Virus record (IMG/VR): IMGVR_UViG_3300038393_000409
Coordinates: 1-32,306 of that record
Length of the DNA stretch: 32,306 nt
Strand: one strand, 5' to 3'
Source: a virus
Lineage: Duplodnaviria; Caudoviricetes
Shown in pieces: positions 16,376 through 24,014 of the stretch; within the stretch, counting starts at the first letter, position 1, and each line of letters begins with the position of its first letter. The translations under genes were made by a program, and so were the position numbers. The notes below the pieces were generated by a model. The model made no database searches, had not been told where the DNA came from, and worked only from the letters and a program-made list of their open reading frames with translations.

Positions 16376-16575
16376 CAACAAAGATTCACATTATTCACGG
16401 CGGAGGAAACCACGTCATCTCAGGTCGTGTTGTTGAACAACAGGAAGATGGTTCTATATACGTTGGAGATAGAACCGATCTTTTAAATCCAGGCGACTAC
16501 GCTCATTTTTATGTGTGGGGGAACAGAAAACTCATTATAGAGGAGAAGCCCATTGACCAAAATAATTCTGTTTAA
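16372..16575 (+). CDS. Small hypothetical protein
   Basis: ATGA coupling to the upstream gene; GAGG RBS. Confidence 0.6.
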   Translation: MTTKIHIIHGGGNHVISGRVVEQQEDGSIYVGDRTDLLNPGDYAHFYVWGNRKLIIEEKPIDQNNSV

Positions 16576-17140
16576 CGGCCCACCGCGTTCTGGAAAAGAT
16601 ACAGCCGCTCTCAGAGTCCAGAAGATCTTTTCATCTATTAGCGCTGATTCTCGTGTTGATTTTGATCGATTTGCAATGCCGCTTAAGGCTGCTTTTGCTG
16701 GTGTTGTAGGAGCTGACATGGATGAATATGGAAATGTAGAACCTTACGAAAGCACTAAAGGAGACATCATCCCTGAATTTAATTGTTCATATCGCCAGTG
16801 GCAGATCGATTTTTCAGAATCGTACATGAAGCTAAAGTACGGTTCGGACATTTTTGCACGACTCTTCGTTCAGCGAAATAGAAACACGAGTGCAACGGCT
16901 ATCGTTGTTCCCGATTCGGGATTCAAGGAAGAAGCTAAGCCAATTGCTGATGCTTTTGGTCTGGAGAACACTCTTCTGATCAGATGCCATCGTCCAGGCT
17001 ACGACTTTACTGGAGATTCTAGATCATACATCTCCGGCATCTCGCCGAATGAAGTAGACGTACACAACGATACGACGATCAATGAGTACTACGAAAAGAT
17101 CACGATCATCGTTGCTGAGTTCTTAAGGAAGAAAGGATAA
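16553..17140 (+). CDS. Deoxynucleoside monophosphate kinase (gp1-like)
   Basis: IILFNGPPRSGKDT P-loop, FA.PLK, R...ID.SE...K..YG.DIF and VVPD.GF.EE motifs; TTG start after GAGGAG. Confidence 0.8.
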   Translation: MTKIILFNGPPRSGKDTAALRVQKIFSSISADSRVDFDRFAMPLKAAFAGVVGADMDEYGNVEPYESTKGDIIPEFNCSYRQWQIDFSESYMKLKYGSDIFARLFVQRNRNTSATAIVVPDSGFKEEAKPIADAFGLENTLLIRCHRPGYDFTGDSRSYISGISPNEVDVHNDTTINEYYEKITIIVAEFLRKKG

Positions 17141-17141
17141 A

Positions 17142-17996
17142 ATGGTTGAAATTACAGTACCAATGTCGGAGCTGAGAAAGAACAAGCTCTTCATCGCGAC
17201 TCCGATGTATGGTGGAATGTGTGCTGGTATGTTCACTAAAGCTATTGCAGATCTAACTGCTCTGTGTGCGGTGAATGGGATTGAGATCATGCTCTACTTC
17301 CTCTCGAACGAATCACTTATCACTCGTGCTAGGAACTACTGCTGCGATGCGTTCCTGCGATCTGGCGCTACTCACTTGATGTTCATCGACGCGGACATTG
17401 GCTTTACACCGCAAGATGTTATTGCTCTGATGGCTATGACGGCTGATCCGAACTCACCGTACGACGTCATCGGTGGTCCTTATCCCAAGAAGTGCATCTC
17501 TTGGGAGAAGATCAAGATGGCTGTTGATCAGGGTAAAGCCGAATCAGATCCAAACATCCTGGAGAAGTTCGTCGGCGACTACGTCTTTAATCCTAAAGTA
17601 GGCACTGGCTCATTTCAGATCAGTGAACCCGCTGAAGTTCTGGAGATTGGTACTGGTTTCATGATGATTCCACGAAGGACTTTAGAGAAGTTCCTTCAAG
17701 CTTATCCTGAATCAACGTATCGCCCGGATCACGCACGCATGGCTGATTTCGATGGATCTAGGGAGATCGGTATGTACTTCCAAGCTGATGTAGACCCTAA
17801 AACAAAACGATATCTTTCGGAGGATTATTGGTTTACACAGAGGTGTATCGACGCTGGTTTGAAAGTGTGGCTCTGTCCATGGATGTCGATGAATCACGTA
17901 GGAACATATGTGTTTGGTGGTTCACTCGCTGATCTAGCTACGATCGGCGCATCGGCTACTGTTGATCCAGCTCAACTTAAGAAGAAAAAGAATTAA
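17142..17996 (+). CDS. GT-A fold glycosyltransferase
   Basis: IATPMYGG, NESLITRARN, FIDADIGF (DxD), GTGFM.I.R, YLSEDYWF, HVG. Confidence 0.8.
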   Translation: MVEITVPMSELRKNKLFIATPMYGGMCAGMFTKAIADLTALCAVNGIEIMLYFLSNESLITRARNYCCDAFLRSGATHLMFIDADIGFTPQDVIALMAMTADPNSPYDVIGGPYPKKCISWEKIKMAVDQGKAESDPNILEKFVGDYVFNPKVGTGSFQISEPAEVLEIGTGFMMIPRRTLEKFLQAYPESTYRPDHARMADFDGSREIGMYFQADVDPKTKRYLSEDYWFTQRCIDAGLKVWLCPWMSMNHVGTYVFGGSLADLATIGASATVDPAQLKKKKN

Positions 17997-18015
17997 CGGA
18001 GAAGAAATTTAGATT

Positions 18016-18693
18016 ATGGCACAGAAGATTAGGCTATCACTGGAGACGATTGCGATCCTTCGCAACTTTGCTTCGATCAACAAGTCCCTGCTCTTTCGTC
18101 AAGGGAATGAGATTTATACTATCTCAGAAGCCAAGAGCATCATGGTCAAGGCTACCATCGCTGAGAGTTTCGAGAGCGACTTTGCGATCTACGACATCAA
18201 TCGTCTTCTGGCGGTGATGTCGCACTTTGAAGATCCCGAGCTCTTGATTGGTGATAAGTTCATCACCATCAAAGAGGGAAAGAAGCAGCTCAATTATACG
18301 TTCGCTGATCCCAGGCACATCAACTCAGTTGATCCTGAAACGTTCAAGAAGCTGATCGCAGTCGTCGAGAAGGGAGAGATCGAGTTTCCATGGAGCAACG
18401 ACGTGTTCGCCGACGTCAACAAAGCTCTGCTGATCATGAAGCTTCCTGAGTTCGAAGTCGTAGGTAATGGTGAGACTGTTAAGCTCCGGGCGCTCGATTC
18501 TAAGAATCCGACTGGAGACACATACGAAGCTGAGCTCGATGCTACGACGGAGACGTTTACAGCTCTATTCAAGTCGGAGAACATCAAGTTTCTACCGCTT
18601 GATTACACTGTGAAGTATTCATCACGTGGAATCGCTCGCTTCGGGTCGGAGAACATCACATATCTTGTAACAACTGAAAGCAAAAAGAAGTGA
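18016..18693 (+). CDS. gp45: Sliding clamp gp45
   Basis: LS.ETI.ILRNFASIN.SL..RQG...FAIYD...LL; synteny with gp44/gp62. Confidence 0.9.
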   Translation: MAQKIRLSLETIAILRNFASINKSLLFRQGNEIYTISEAKSIMVKATIAESFESDFAIYDINRLLAVMSHFEDPELLIGDKFITIKEGKKQLNYTFADPRHINSVDPETFKKLIAVVEKGEIEFPWSNDVFADVNKALLIMKLPEFEVVGNGETVKLRALDSKNPTGDTYEAELDATTETFTALFKSENIKFLPLDYTVKYSSRGIARFGSENITYLVTTESKKK

Positions 18694-18998
18694 CAGTATT
18701 TAAGAAGTATAAGAGAAAACCAGTCGTTGTTGAAGCAGTTCAGTGGACTACAGAAGCGATGAAGTTCGCCGGTCTAACCGCGAAGCCCATCATCGATGAG
18801 ATCAACGCTTCAGGCGGTGAAGCTTCCGTCTCCCGTGATGTTTACACTCTAGAATACACGATGCGGATCGCGACACTGGAAGGTGTAATGACGGCCCGCG
18901 TAGGTGATTACATCTGTCGAGGTGTTAAGGGAGAGTATTGGCCAGTGAAGCCCGATGTGTTTGAATACACGAACGAACCGTATACAGGAGATATGTAG
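18690..18998 (+). CDS. Conserved phage hypothetical protein
   Basis: YKRKPVVVEAVQW...I.TLEG.M.A..GDYI.RGVKGE.WPVKPD.FE.T, a widespread phage motif. Confidence 0.7.
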   Translation: MTVFKKYKRKPVVVEAVQWTTEAMKFAGLTAKPIIDEINASGGEASVSRDVYTLEYTMRIATLEGVMTARVGDYICRGVKGEYWPVKPDVFEYTNEPYTGDM

Positions 18999-19292
18999 AT
19001 GTGCGCAGTTAGTATGGTCTCAGATCGATATACTGATCTTTGGAAAGAGCGTGGTTTCATCACGACTTTTCCTAGTATACCGAATCAATCACAGTTTGCC
19101 GTTGATCCTGAAAAGATCACGCGCGCGGAGTTTGATCAGCTCAAGAAGGAAGTACTTGAACTTAAGGACTGGATCATTCGTGCTAAGCAGTACGACATCG
19201 ACAACAATGAGCCGGAGTGTGAGCTCGAGGAGAAGACTGCTCTGATCAAGAAGATCGCTGAGCTCGTCGGCGTCGAGATCGATATCAAGTGA
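18999..19292 (+). CDS. Conserved hypothetical protein (MCAVSMV.D start)
   Basis: AGGAG RBS; coiled-coil segment with AK.YD....EP.CE..EK motif. Confidence 0.65.
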   Translation: MCAVSMVSDRYTDLWKERGFITTFPSIPNQSQFAVDPEKITRAEFDQLKKEVLELKDWIIRAKQYDIDNNEPECELEEKTALIKKIAELVGVEIDIK

Positions 19293-19306
19293 GAAATACA
19301 CAAAAA

Positions 19307-19347
19307 GTGTCAAAGTCAGGCTCAGTAGAGTAAAATCAACTGAGCCT
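19307..19347 (+). promoter_or_regulatory. Hairpin with a -10 element in its loop, upstream of gp44
   Basis: AGGCTCAGT (19318-19326)/ACTGAGCCT (19339-19347) flank TAAAAT (19331-19336); AAAAGTGTCA upstream; T-rich tail. Confidence 0.55.
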
Positions 19348-19365
19348 TTATATTATGGAGTTAGA

Positions 19366-20310
19366 ATGTCTGACGAATATCTTTGGACTGAGAAGTTTAG
19401 ACCGAATAAGATTGCCGATGTTATTCTGCCGGAAGATCTTAAGAGAGTGTTCCAGACGTACGTAGACCAGAAGAACGTACAGAACCTCCTTTTGACTGGA
19501 AACGCCGGTGTTGGTAAGACTACAGTCGCTAAGGCGATGCTTAAGGAGATTGGTTCCGACTACATCGTCGTGAATGGATCGCTCGATCGAAACATCGACA
19601 CTCTTCGGAACGAGATAACTCAGTTTGCATCGTCTATCTCGTTCTCCGATGGACGAAAGTACGTGATCCTAGACGAAGCCGATCACCTGAATCCCAATAG
19701 CACTCAACCGGCTCTTCGCAACTTCATGGAGGAGTTCTCGAACAACTGCGGCTTCATCCTAACGGCGAACTATCCAAATAAGATCATTGAAGCTCTGCAG
19801 AGTCGGTGTTCCATCATCGATTTCAAGATCAAGAAGAGTGATATGGCCAAGCTCGCTGTTCAGTTTATGAAGCGAGTGGAAGTGATCCTTGAACAGGAGA
19901 GCGTCGAGTACGATAAGAAAGCTCTCGCTGCTGTGATCCAGAAGTGGTTTCCTGACTGGCGACGCGTGCTCAATGAGCTTCAGCGATACTCAGCGACCGG
20001 AAAGATCGATTCTGGAATTCTCGTTAACCTTGAGTCAGTTTCACTAGATGAACTCATTGGTTATATGAAGAAGAAGGAGTATTCAAACGTACGAAAATGG
20101 GTCGCGGAGAACTCCGATACTTCACAGCAAGCGGTATTTCGTAAGTTCTATGACGCAGCATCTGAGCAACTCGATCCGAGATTCATTCCCGCTCTGGTTA
20201 TGACTCTGGCAAAGTATCAGTATCAGGCTGCATTCAGTGTAGATCCGGAGATCAACCTCTCAGCTTGTCTAGCTGAGATTATGATCGAGGGATCGGGAAT
20301 GTGGAAATAA
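19366..20310 (+). CDS. gp44: Clamp loader large subunit gp44
   Basis: LWTEKFRP, GNAGVGKTT, ILDEAD, ALRNFMEEFS, SRC, FPDWRR.LNELQRYS. Confidence 0.96.
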   Translation: MSDEYLWTEKFRPNKIADVILPEDLKRVFQTYVDQKNVQNLLLTGNAGVGKTTVAKAMLKEIGSDYIVVNGSLDRNIDTLRNEITQFASSISFSDGRKYVILDEADHLNPNSTQPALRNFMEEFSNNCGFILTANYPNKIIEALQSRCSIIDFKIKKSDMAKLAVQFMKRVEVILEQESVEYDKKALAAVIQKWFPDWRRVLNELQRYSATGKIDSGILVNLESVSLDELIGYMKKKEYSNVRKWVAENSDTSQQAVFRKFYDAASEQLDPRFIPALVMTLAKYQYQAAFSVDPEINLSACLAEIMIEGSGMWK

Positions 20311-20313
20311 TCG

Positions 20314-20700
20314 ATGGCTGAGAAAGTATCACCGTTTGTATGGGTAGACGCGATCACTCAGAAGAAGGGCGATCCTATGGTTGAGTACGGAGAGAAGGAG
20401 TATCCAGCATTCATGGTCAATCGCTCCCTCTCCTACTATCCAGATACGATCCTTCATGCAGCTGAGATCAACCTCTATCAGTATCTAGATCATAAGCTTC
20501 AGTATGATTATTATCGAGAAGCGATTCGGACTAAGAAGAGGTTTGCTAAATGGGGAAAGAAGAACTCCTCAGAGGACGTTAAGTTCCTGATGGAAGCCTA
20601 CTCGTTTTCCAGAGTGAAAGCTGAGCAAGCGGCGTCTATCCTCACTCCCGAACAGATCGAAGAGATGCGGGAGTTTAGAAGTCGAGGCGTGGAGAACTAA
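20314..20700 (+). CDS. gp62: Clamp loader small subunit gp62
   Basis: Y..FMVNRSLSYY.DTI..A.E.N......KLQYDY...IR.KKRF.KW; follows gp44. Confidence 0.9.
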   Translation: MAEKVSPFVWVDAITQKKGDPMVEYGEKEYPAFMVNRSLSYYPDTILHAAEINLYQYLDHKLQYDYYREAIRTKKRFAKWGKKNSSEDVKFLMEAYSFSRVKAEQAASILTPEQIEEMREFRSRGVEN

Positions 20701-20703
20701 GTA

Positions 20704-20745
20704 AAAGCCTAAATACAAAGCCAGTATAAAAATAAGAAGGCTTTG
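20704..20745 (+). promoter_or_regulatory. Late-promoter variant CCTAAATA and hairpin over the regA RBS
   Basis: CCTAAATA at 20708-20715. CAAAGCC (20716-20722) or AAAGCCT (20704-20710) can pair with AGGCTTTG (20738-20745). Confidence 0.45.
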
Positions 20746-20748
20746 GTT

Positions 20749-21150
20749 ATGCAGAAGTTGATTGATACATTTATCGAGATCGAGCCGTTAGATCGTCCTC
20801 AGTTTCTAAAAGTAAAAGAAACGCTCACTCGAATTGGTATTTCAAAAGATAAAACTCTCTATCAGTCCTGCCACATTCTCCAGAAGCGCGGTCGCTACTT
20901 CATCACGCATTATAAGGAGATGAGGCTACTTGATGGTATGGACGCTGGATTCGATGATGAGGATCGCGCTCGTCGAAATACTATAGCGGATCTACTTGAA
21001 CAATGGGACCTAATCCGCATCAGGACACCCAAGAACGTTATCTCGGAAAAGATTGAAGGACCCCTTCGGGAGAAGATTAGAGTGATCCACTTTGACGAGA
21101 AGAAGGAATGGACACTATCTCCAAAGTATGCTATTGGAAAGAAGAAATAA
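20749..21150 (+). CDS. regA: Translational repressor RegA
   Basis: FLKVKETLTRIGI...LYQSCHILQKRGRYFI.HYKE...LDG...RRNTIA.LL..W, K.EW.L.PKY.IG. Confidence 0.95.
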   Translation: MQKLIDTFIEIEPLDRPQFLKVKETLTRIGISKDKTLYQSCHILQKRGRYFITHYKEMRLLDGMDAGFDDEDRARRNTIADLLEQWDLIRIRTPKNVISEKIEGPLREKIRVIHFDEKKEWTLSPKYAIGKKK

Positions 21151-21251
21151 TGCGTTGGATTGTAGCAGCACTTTGTTTGATTGGTTTCTTGGTCGTTGCT
21201 AATAACACAGGACTTCTTCGAATCATCATTCCTTGGTTACTTGGAACTTGA
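21150..21251 (+). CDS. Very small hydrophobic protein, 33 aa (not in ORF track)
   Basis: TAATG coupling to regA; MRWIVAALCLIGFLVVANNTGLLRIIIPWLLGT*; ends just before a terminator. Confidence 0.55.
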   Translation: MRWIVAALCLIGFLVVANNTGLLRIIIPWLLGT

Positions 21252-21254
21252 ACG

Positions 21255-21290
21255 AAAAAAACCCCGGGACGAATCCCGGAGTTAATTTTT
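21255..21290. terminator. Bidirectional intrinsic terminator between convergent genes
   Basis: A-run, CCGGGA-CGAA-TCCCGG stem-loop (TTCG loop on the minus strand), T-rich tail. Confidence 0.75.
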
Positions 21291-21337
21291 ATGAACTAGA
21301 TGATCTCCATTCGATGAAGAATGTCAACAGCTAAAAT

Positions 21338-21769
21338 TTAGCCATTTTCATCCCGAAATGATCCATCTGGAAAGATTATCCGGATCATCCTGCCTCTTTT
21401 TCTCGAATACCGAATAGTGTACCACGTACCAGATCTAAGTTGCTCCAGATATTGAGCCGGAGTAGCTATCATTCTCAGAGCTTCGCTGACTATGTCTCGA
21501 TTTCTCGGTAGATAGTCCCGTAAGATCCGAGACTCATCGCCTAAAACGAACGCTCTCTTTGTATGATTGATGGGAGGATGAACTATGATCCTCCAGTGAG
21601 GACAGACTTCTTTAACGATGAAGTGCGCTTGTTCATCGGAACCTATGCAGTCTCCATGATGAAACTCAGTTGGAAATTGTTTTGAATCCCAGGATATGAT
21701 AGTCTCAGCGAACGCTACTCTCTGAGCTTTGCTCATTCCGTTTTGATTTCCAGTGAATCCTATCTTCAT
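21338..21769 (-). CDS. SLOG-family (DprA/YspA-like) nucleotide-binding protein
   Basis: KIGFTG, HHGDCIG.DE.AH, YL.RNRDIV and SGTW.TIRY motifs. Confidence 0.75.
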   Translation of the reverse strand: MKIGFTGNQNGMSKAQRVAFAETIISWDSKQFPTEFHHGDCIGSDEQAHFIVKEVCPHWRIIVHPPINHTKRAFVLGDESRILRDYLPRNRDIVSEALRMIATPAQYLEQLRSGTWYTIRYSRKRGRMIRIIFPDGSFRDENG

Positions 21770-21954
21770 TAGTCTACCTCATCTGGAAACGGATGTGTGA
21801 TTGTAAACGTCCATGTGACACCATTAGTATCTAGTTCACGATCTTTTATCAGTCTGACGTTGTATCGCTCTTTATAGAATTTGAAGAGAGTAGCGCAACC
21901 CTCTTTAGTCATCGCATGAAGCTTCCAGTGTTTTTCTTTCTTCTTTGCCATCAT
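21769..21954 (-). CDS. Small hypothetical protein
   Basis: GAGGAGG RBS on the minus strand; stop/start coupling with the SLOG gene. Confidence 0.7.
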   Translation of the reverse strand: MMAKKKEKHWKLHAMTKEGCATLFKFYKERYNVRLIKDRELDTNGVTWTFTITHPFPDEVD

Positions 21955-21967
21955 CCCTCCTCATACG

Positions 21968-21994
21968 AAAAAGCCGGCTATGCGCCGGCTTTTT
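21968..21994 (-). terminator. Intrinsic terminator
   Basis: AAAAAGCCGGC-TATGC-GCCGGCTTTTT perfect hairpin with T-runs on both strands. Confidence 0.85.
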
Positions 21995-22015
21995 AACCAC
22001 TTGATATTTAAGTGA

Positions 22016-22213
22016 TTAGGCTGCGGCTTGAAGTCCGTAATAGGTCTTGTTGCCCTTGCGCGAGGTGATGATTCGGTTGTCGTGATTCTGTCGAATGTAC
22101 GAGATGTGCGCCGAAACATTGCGAACGCCGAACTTCGAGCGGATCTGAGCAACAGTCAGAACTTTGCCCTTCAAGAACTCATTCAGAAGCTTCGTAGTCT
22201 TATTAGTCGTCAT
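22016..22213 (-). CDS. Small basic winged helix-turn-helix DNA-binding protein
   Basis: AAGGAG RBS; LL..L.KG..LT.AQIRSKFGV.NVSA.IS.IR...I.T....TYYGL HTH-plus-wing pattern; own promoter and terminator. Confidence 0.7.
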   Translation of the reverse strand: MTTNKTTKLLNEFLKGKVLTVAQIRSKFGVRNVSAHISYIRQNHDNRIITSRKGNKTYYGLQAAA

Positions 22214-22239
22214 TGTAAAGTATTTCTCCTTATTGTAGA

Positions 22240-22291
22240 TACAGCAACTGCACTGTGGCCGGATTATAACCACAGTGCAGTTGCTGTAGAA
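22240..22291 (-). promoter_or_regulatory. Promoter embedded in a perfect 19-bp inverted repeat
   Basis: TACAGCAACTGCACTGTGG (22240-22258)/CCACAGTGCAGTTGCTGTA (22270-22288). The 11-nt loop holds a minus-strand TATAAT preceded by TGTGG; TTCTAC lies 17 nt upstream. Confidence 0.7.
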
Positions 22292-22299
22292 ACTTTTAT

Positions 22300-22560
22300 T
22301 TACGCGATGTCGATTACTCGTCCAGTGGAATCGAGCGCGCGTGCTCTTCTGCCTGGAACTTTTCTGACTTCTTCTCGAAGCCGAACACTTACGGCGTTGA
22401 TGTTAGGTACCGATGTTCCAACTAGTGCCCATTGGAAAGTGTTGGGTTCCATAACCTCGATTCTGACTGGATCAAGGTTCGGGTGATCGGAGTCTATGTA
22501 TGAACCGCTTCCAAAGAGCCCATAAAAAGCTCCTCTAAGCATGTCTGACAAGATACTCAT
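22300..22560 (-). CDS. Hypothetical protein
   Basis: AAGGAG RBS on the minus strand; RARALD..G.VID.. C-terminus. Confidence 0.7.
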   Translation of the reverse strand: MSILSDMLRGAFYGLFGSGSYIDSDHPNLDPVRIEVMEPNTFQWALVGTSVPNINAVSVRLREEVRKVPGRRARALDSTGRVIDIA

Positions 22561-22648
22561 GATCTTTCTCCTTCTAGATCATACATATACCTTATCATCG
22601 GCATTGTACAGGGATGAGTGTTAACTATTTTACGGTCCTGAACAATGA

Positions 22649-22677
22649 GTTCACGAATGGTTATTTAGGCGTATAAT
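22649..22677 (+). promoter_or_regulatory. Early sigma70-type promoter for the WxSS..C operon
   Basis: GTTCAC (22649-22654)-N17-TATAAT (22672-22677), then a GAGGA RBS before 22707. Confidence 0.7.
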
Positions 22678-22706
22678 ATAGACTATCATTACAGAGAAGA
22701 GGAAAG

Positions 22707-22958
22707 ATGGACAGGCAGGAAGCGAAAAAAAAGATCAGTGAGCTGAAGACTCAGGCGAAAGCTCTACTAAAGGAAGCAACCAAGATCGCTGACTTGCATG
22801 AAATCTCATTTGATTTCATGCCGAGTACGTTGGGTACATATCATCCGCGTGAGCTGATCTGGCAAGCGTCGAGTGGATGCGAATGGGAAACGTCAGATGA
22901 ATGGGCAGAAGCTCATTGGTCTCATGAACACTTTGACTGGCAAGCGTCGACTTGCTGA
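22707..22958 (+). CDS. Small protein, WxSS..C paralogue 1
   Basis: Helical N-terminus, IADLHEISF, GTYHP, internal WQASSGC and terminal WQASTC*. Confidence 0.8.
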   Translation: MDRQEAKKKISELKTQAKALLKEATKIADLHEISFDFMPSTLGTYHPRELIWQASSGCEWETSDEWAEAHWSHEHFDWQASTC

Positions 22959-22969
22959 TGGAGAGTAAG

Positions 22970-23200
22970 ATGGAAGTTAATAAACAGGAATACGCTAAAA
23001 AGAAGTTCGCGGAGATTCGTAAGCAGATTCAGGAACTGATCGACACTGCTCAAAAAATTGCCGATGAGACTGGTGAGGAGTTTTTCTTCGAACCGAATAA
23101 CATTGGTACATACTACCCAATTGGGTCAAAGGACAACCCGAACGGTAGCGATGGCGAGTGGTATCCTTCATCTTGGTCGTCTTCATCGATCTACTGCTGA
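22970..23200 (+). CDS. Small protein, WxSS..C paralogue 2
   Basis: GGAGAG RBS; IADETGEEF, GTYYP, terminal WYPSSWSSSSIYC*. Confidence 0.8.
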   Translation: MEVNKQEYAKKKFAEIRKQIQELIDTAQKIADETGEEFFFEPNNIGTYYPIGSKDNPNGSDGEWYPSSWSSSSIYC

Positions 23201-23208
23201 GAAATGTG

Positions 23209-23544
23209 ATGTTAGATAAGCGTATAGAAGCTAACATCAAGATCAGCAAGATCATAGAAGAGATCGAAGCAAAATGGGATGATGCTAAGCGTATAGCAGA
23301 TGAATCTGGTGTATCATTTAAGTACACCAGCCCGGACGGTGATCATTCAGGATTTTATTATCCAAAGCGTCCTGATGATTGGGTAGTCTGGAATGATTAC
23401 GATGATGATCTTCCGGAAGGCTATGAAGAAGATCCGAATAAAAATCATCCAGAGTATGAATACTATCATCCGTGGAACAACTGCGGAGAGTATGAACACA
23501 ACTGGAATCACGGAAATTGGATCAGTTCAAGTGAAAGATGTTAA
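23209..23544 (+). CDS. Small protein, WxSS..C paralogue 3
   Basis: IADESGVSF, GFYYP, acidic/aromatic linker, terminal WISSSERC*. Confidence 0.8.
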   Translation: MLDKRIEANIKISKIIEEIEAKWDDAKRIADESGVSFKYTSPDGDHSGFYYPKRPDDWVVWNDYDDDLPEGYEEDPNKNHPEYEYYHPWNNCGEYEHNWNHGNWISSSERC

Positions 23545-23547
23545 GAA

Positions 23548-23736
23548 GTGAGTATTCTCGATGATGTGTCGTCTTCTGTTGCTGGCGCGATAGAAGACGT
23601 CATGGATAAGTATGAAGATCGATACTTCATTAGAGATTCAAAAAAAATCGGTGATGTTCATTACTACGATTTTATGATTGATGGTGAAAAATTTACTGTT
23701 GTCATTCAACGACATCGAGAGGATAACGATGACTAA
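23548..23736 (+). CDS. Small hypothetical protein (unrelated to the paralogues)
   Basis: GTG start; fills the gap and overlaps the next start. Confidence 0.55.
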   Translation: MSILDDVSSSVAGAIEDVMDKYEDRYFIRDSKKIGDVHYYDFMIDGEKFTVVIQRHREDNDD

Positions 23737-24013
23737 AGACGAAGCGCTCTCGAAGCTCAAAGGAATTGACGTTGAGCTTCGAGATTATGTGAAGAAAAAG
23801 ATCCATGAAATTGAAGATATTGCCGATGAACATGGAATCATCGTTCGCTTCAATGGTCTTCCTCCATACGATGAATATGGAAACTCTGGGTATTATTTTC
23901 CGGTTCAATCGGATGGAACACCATGGTATAGTTCAGACATGCGGAATGAATATTGGCCTCTCGAAGGGCATGGTGCCTTAGAGGGTTGGCTATCATCAGA
24001 TGCAGGTTGCTGA
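23729..24013 (+). CDS. Small protein, WxSS..C paralogue 4
   Basis: GAGG RBS; IADEHGIIV, GYYFP, internal WYSS, terminal WLSSDAGC*. Confidence 0.8.
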   Translation: MTKDEALSKLKGIDVELRDYVKKKIHEIEDIADEHGIIVRFNGLPPYDEYGNSGYYFPVQSDGTPWYSSDMRNEYWPLEGHGALEGWLSSDAGC

Positions 24014-24014
24014 C

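Noticed and set aside
22028-22486. 152-aa plus-strand ORF
   Set aside because: It is the antisense shadow of two minus-strand genes that have clear RBSs, a promoter and a terminator; no motifs.
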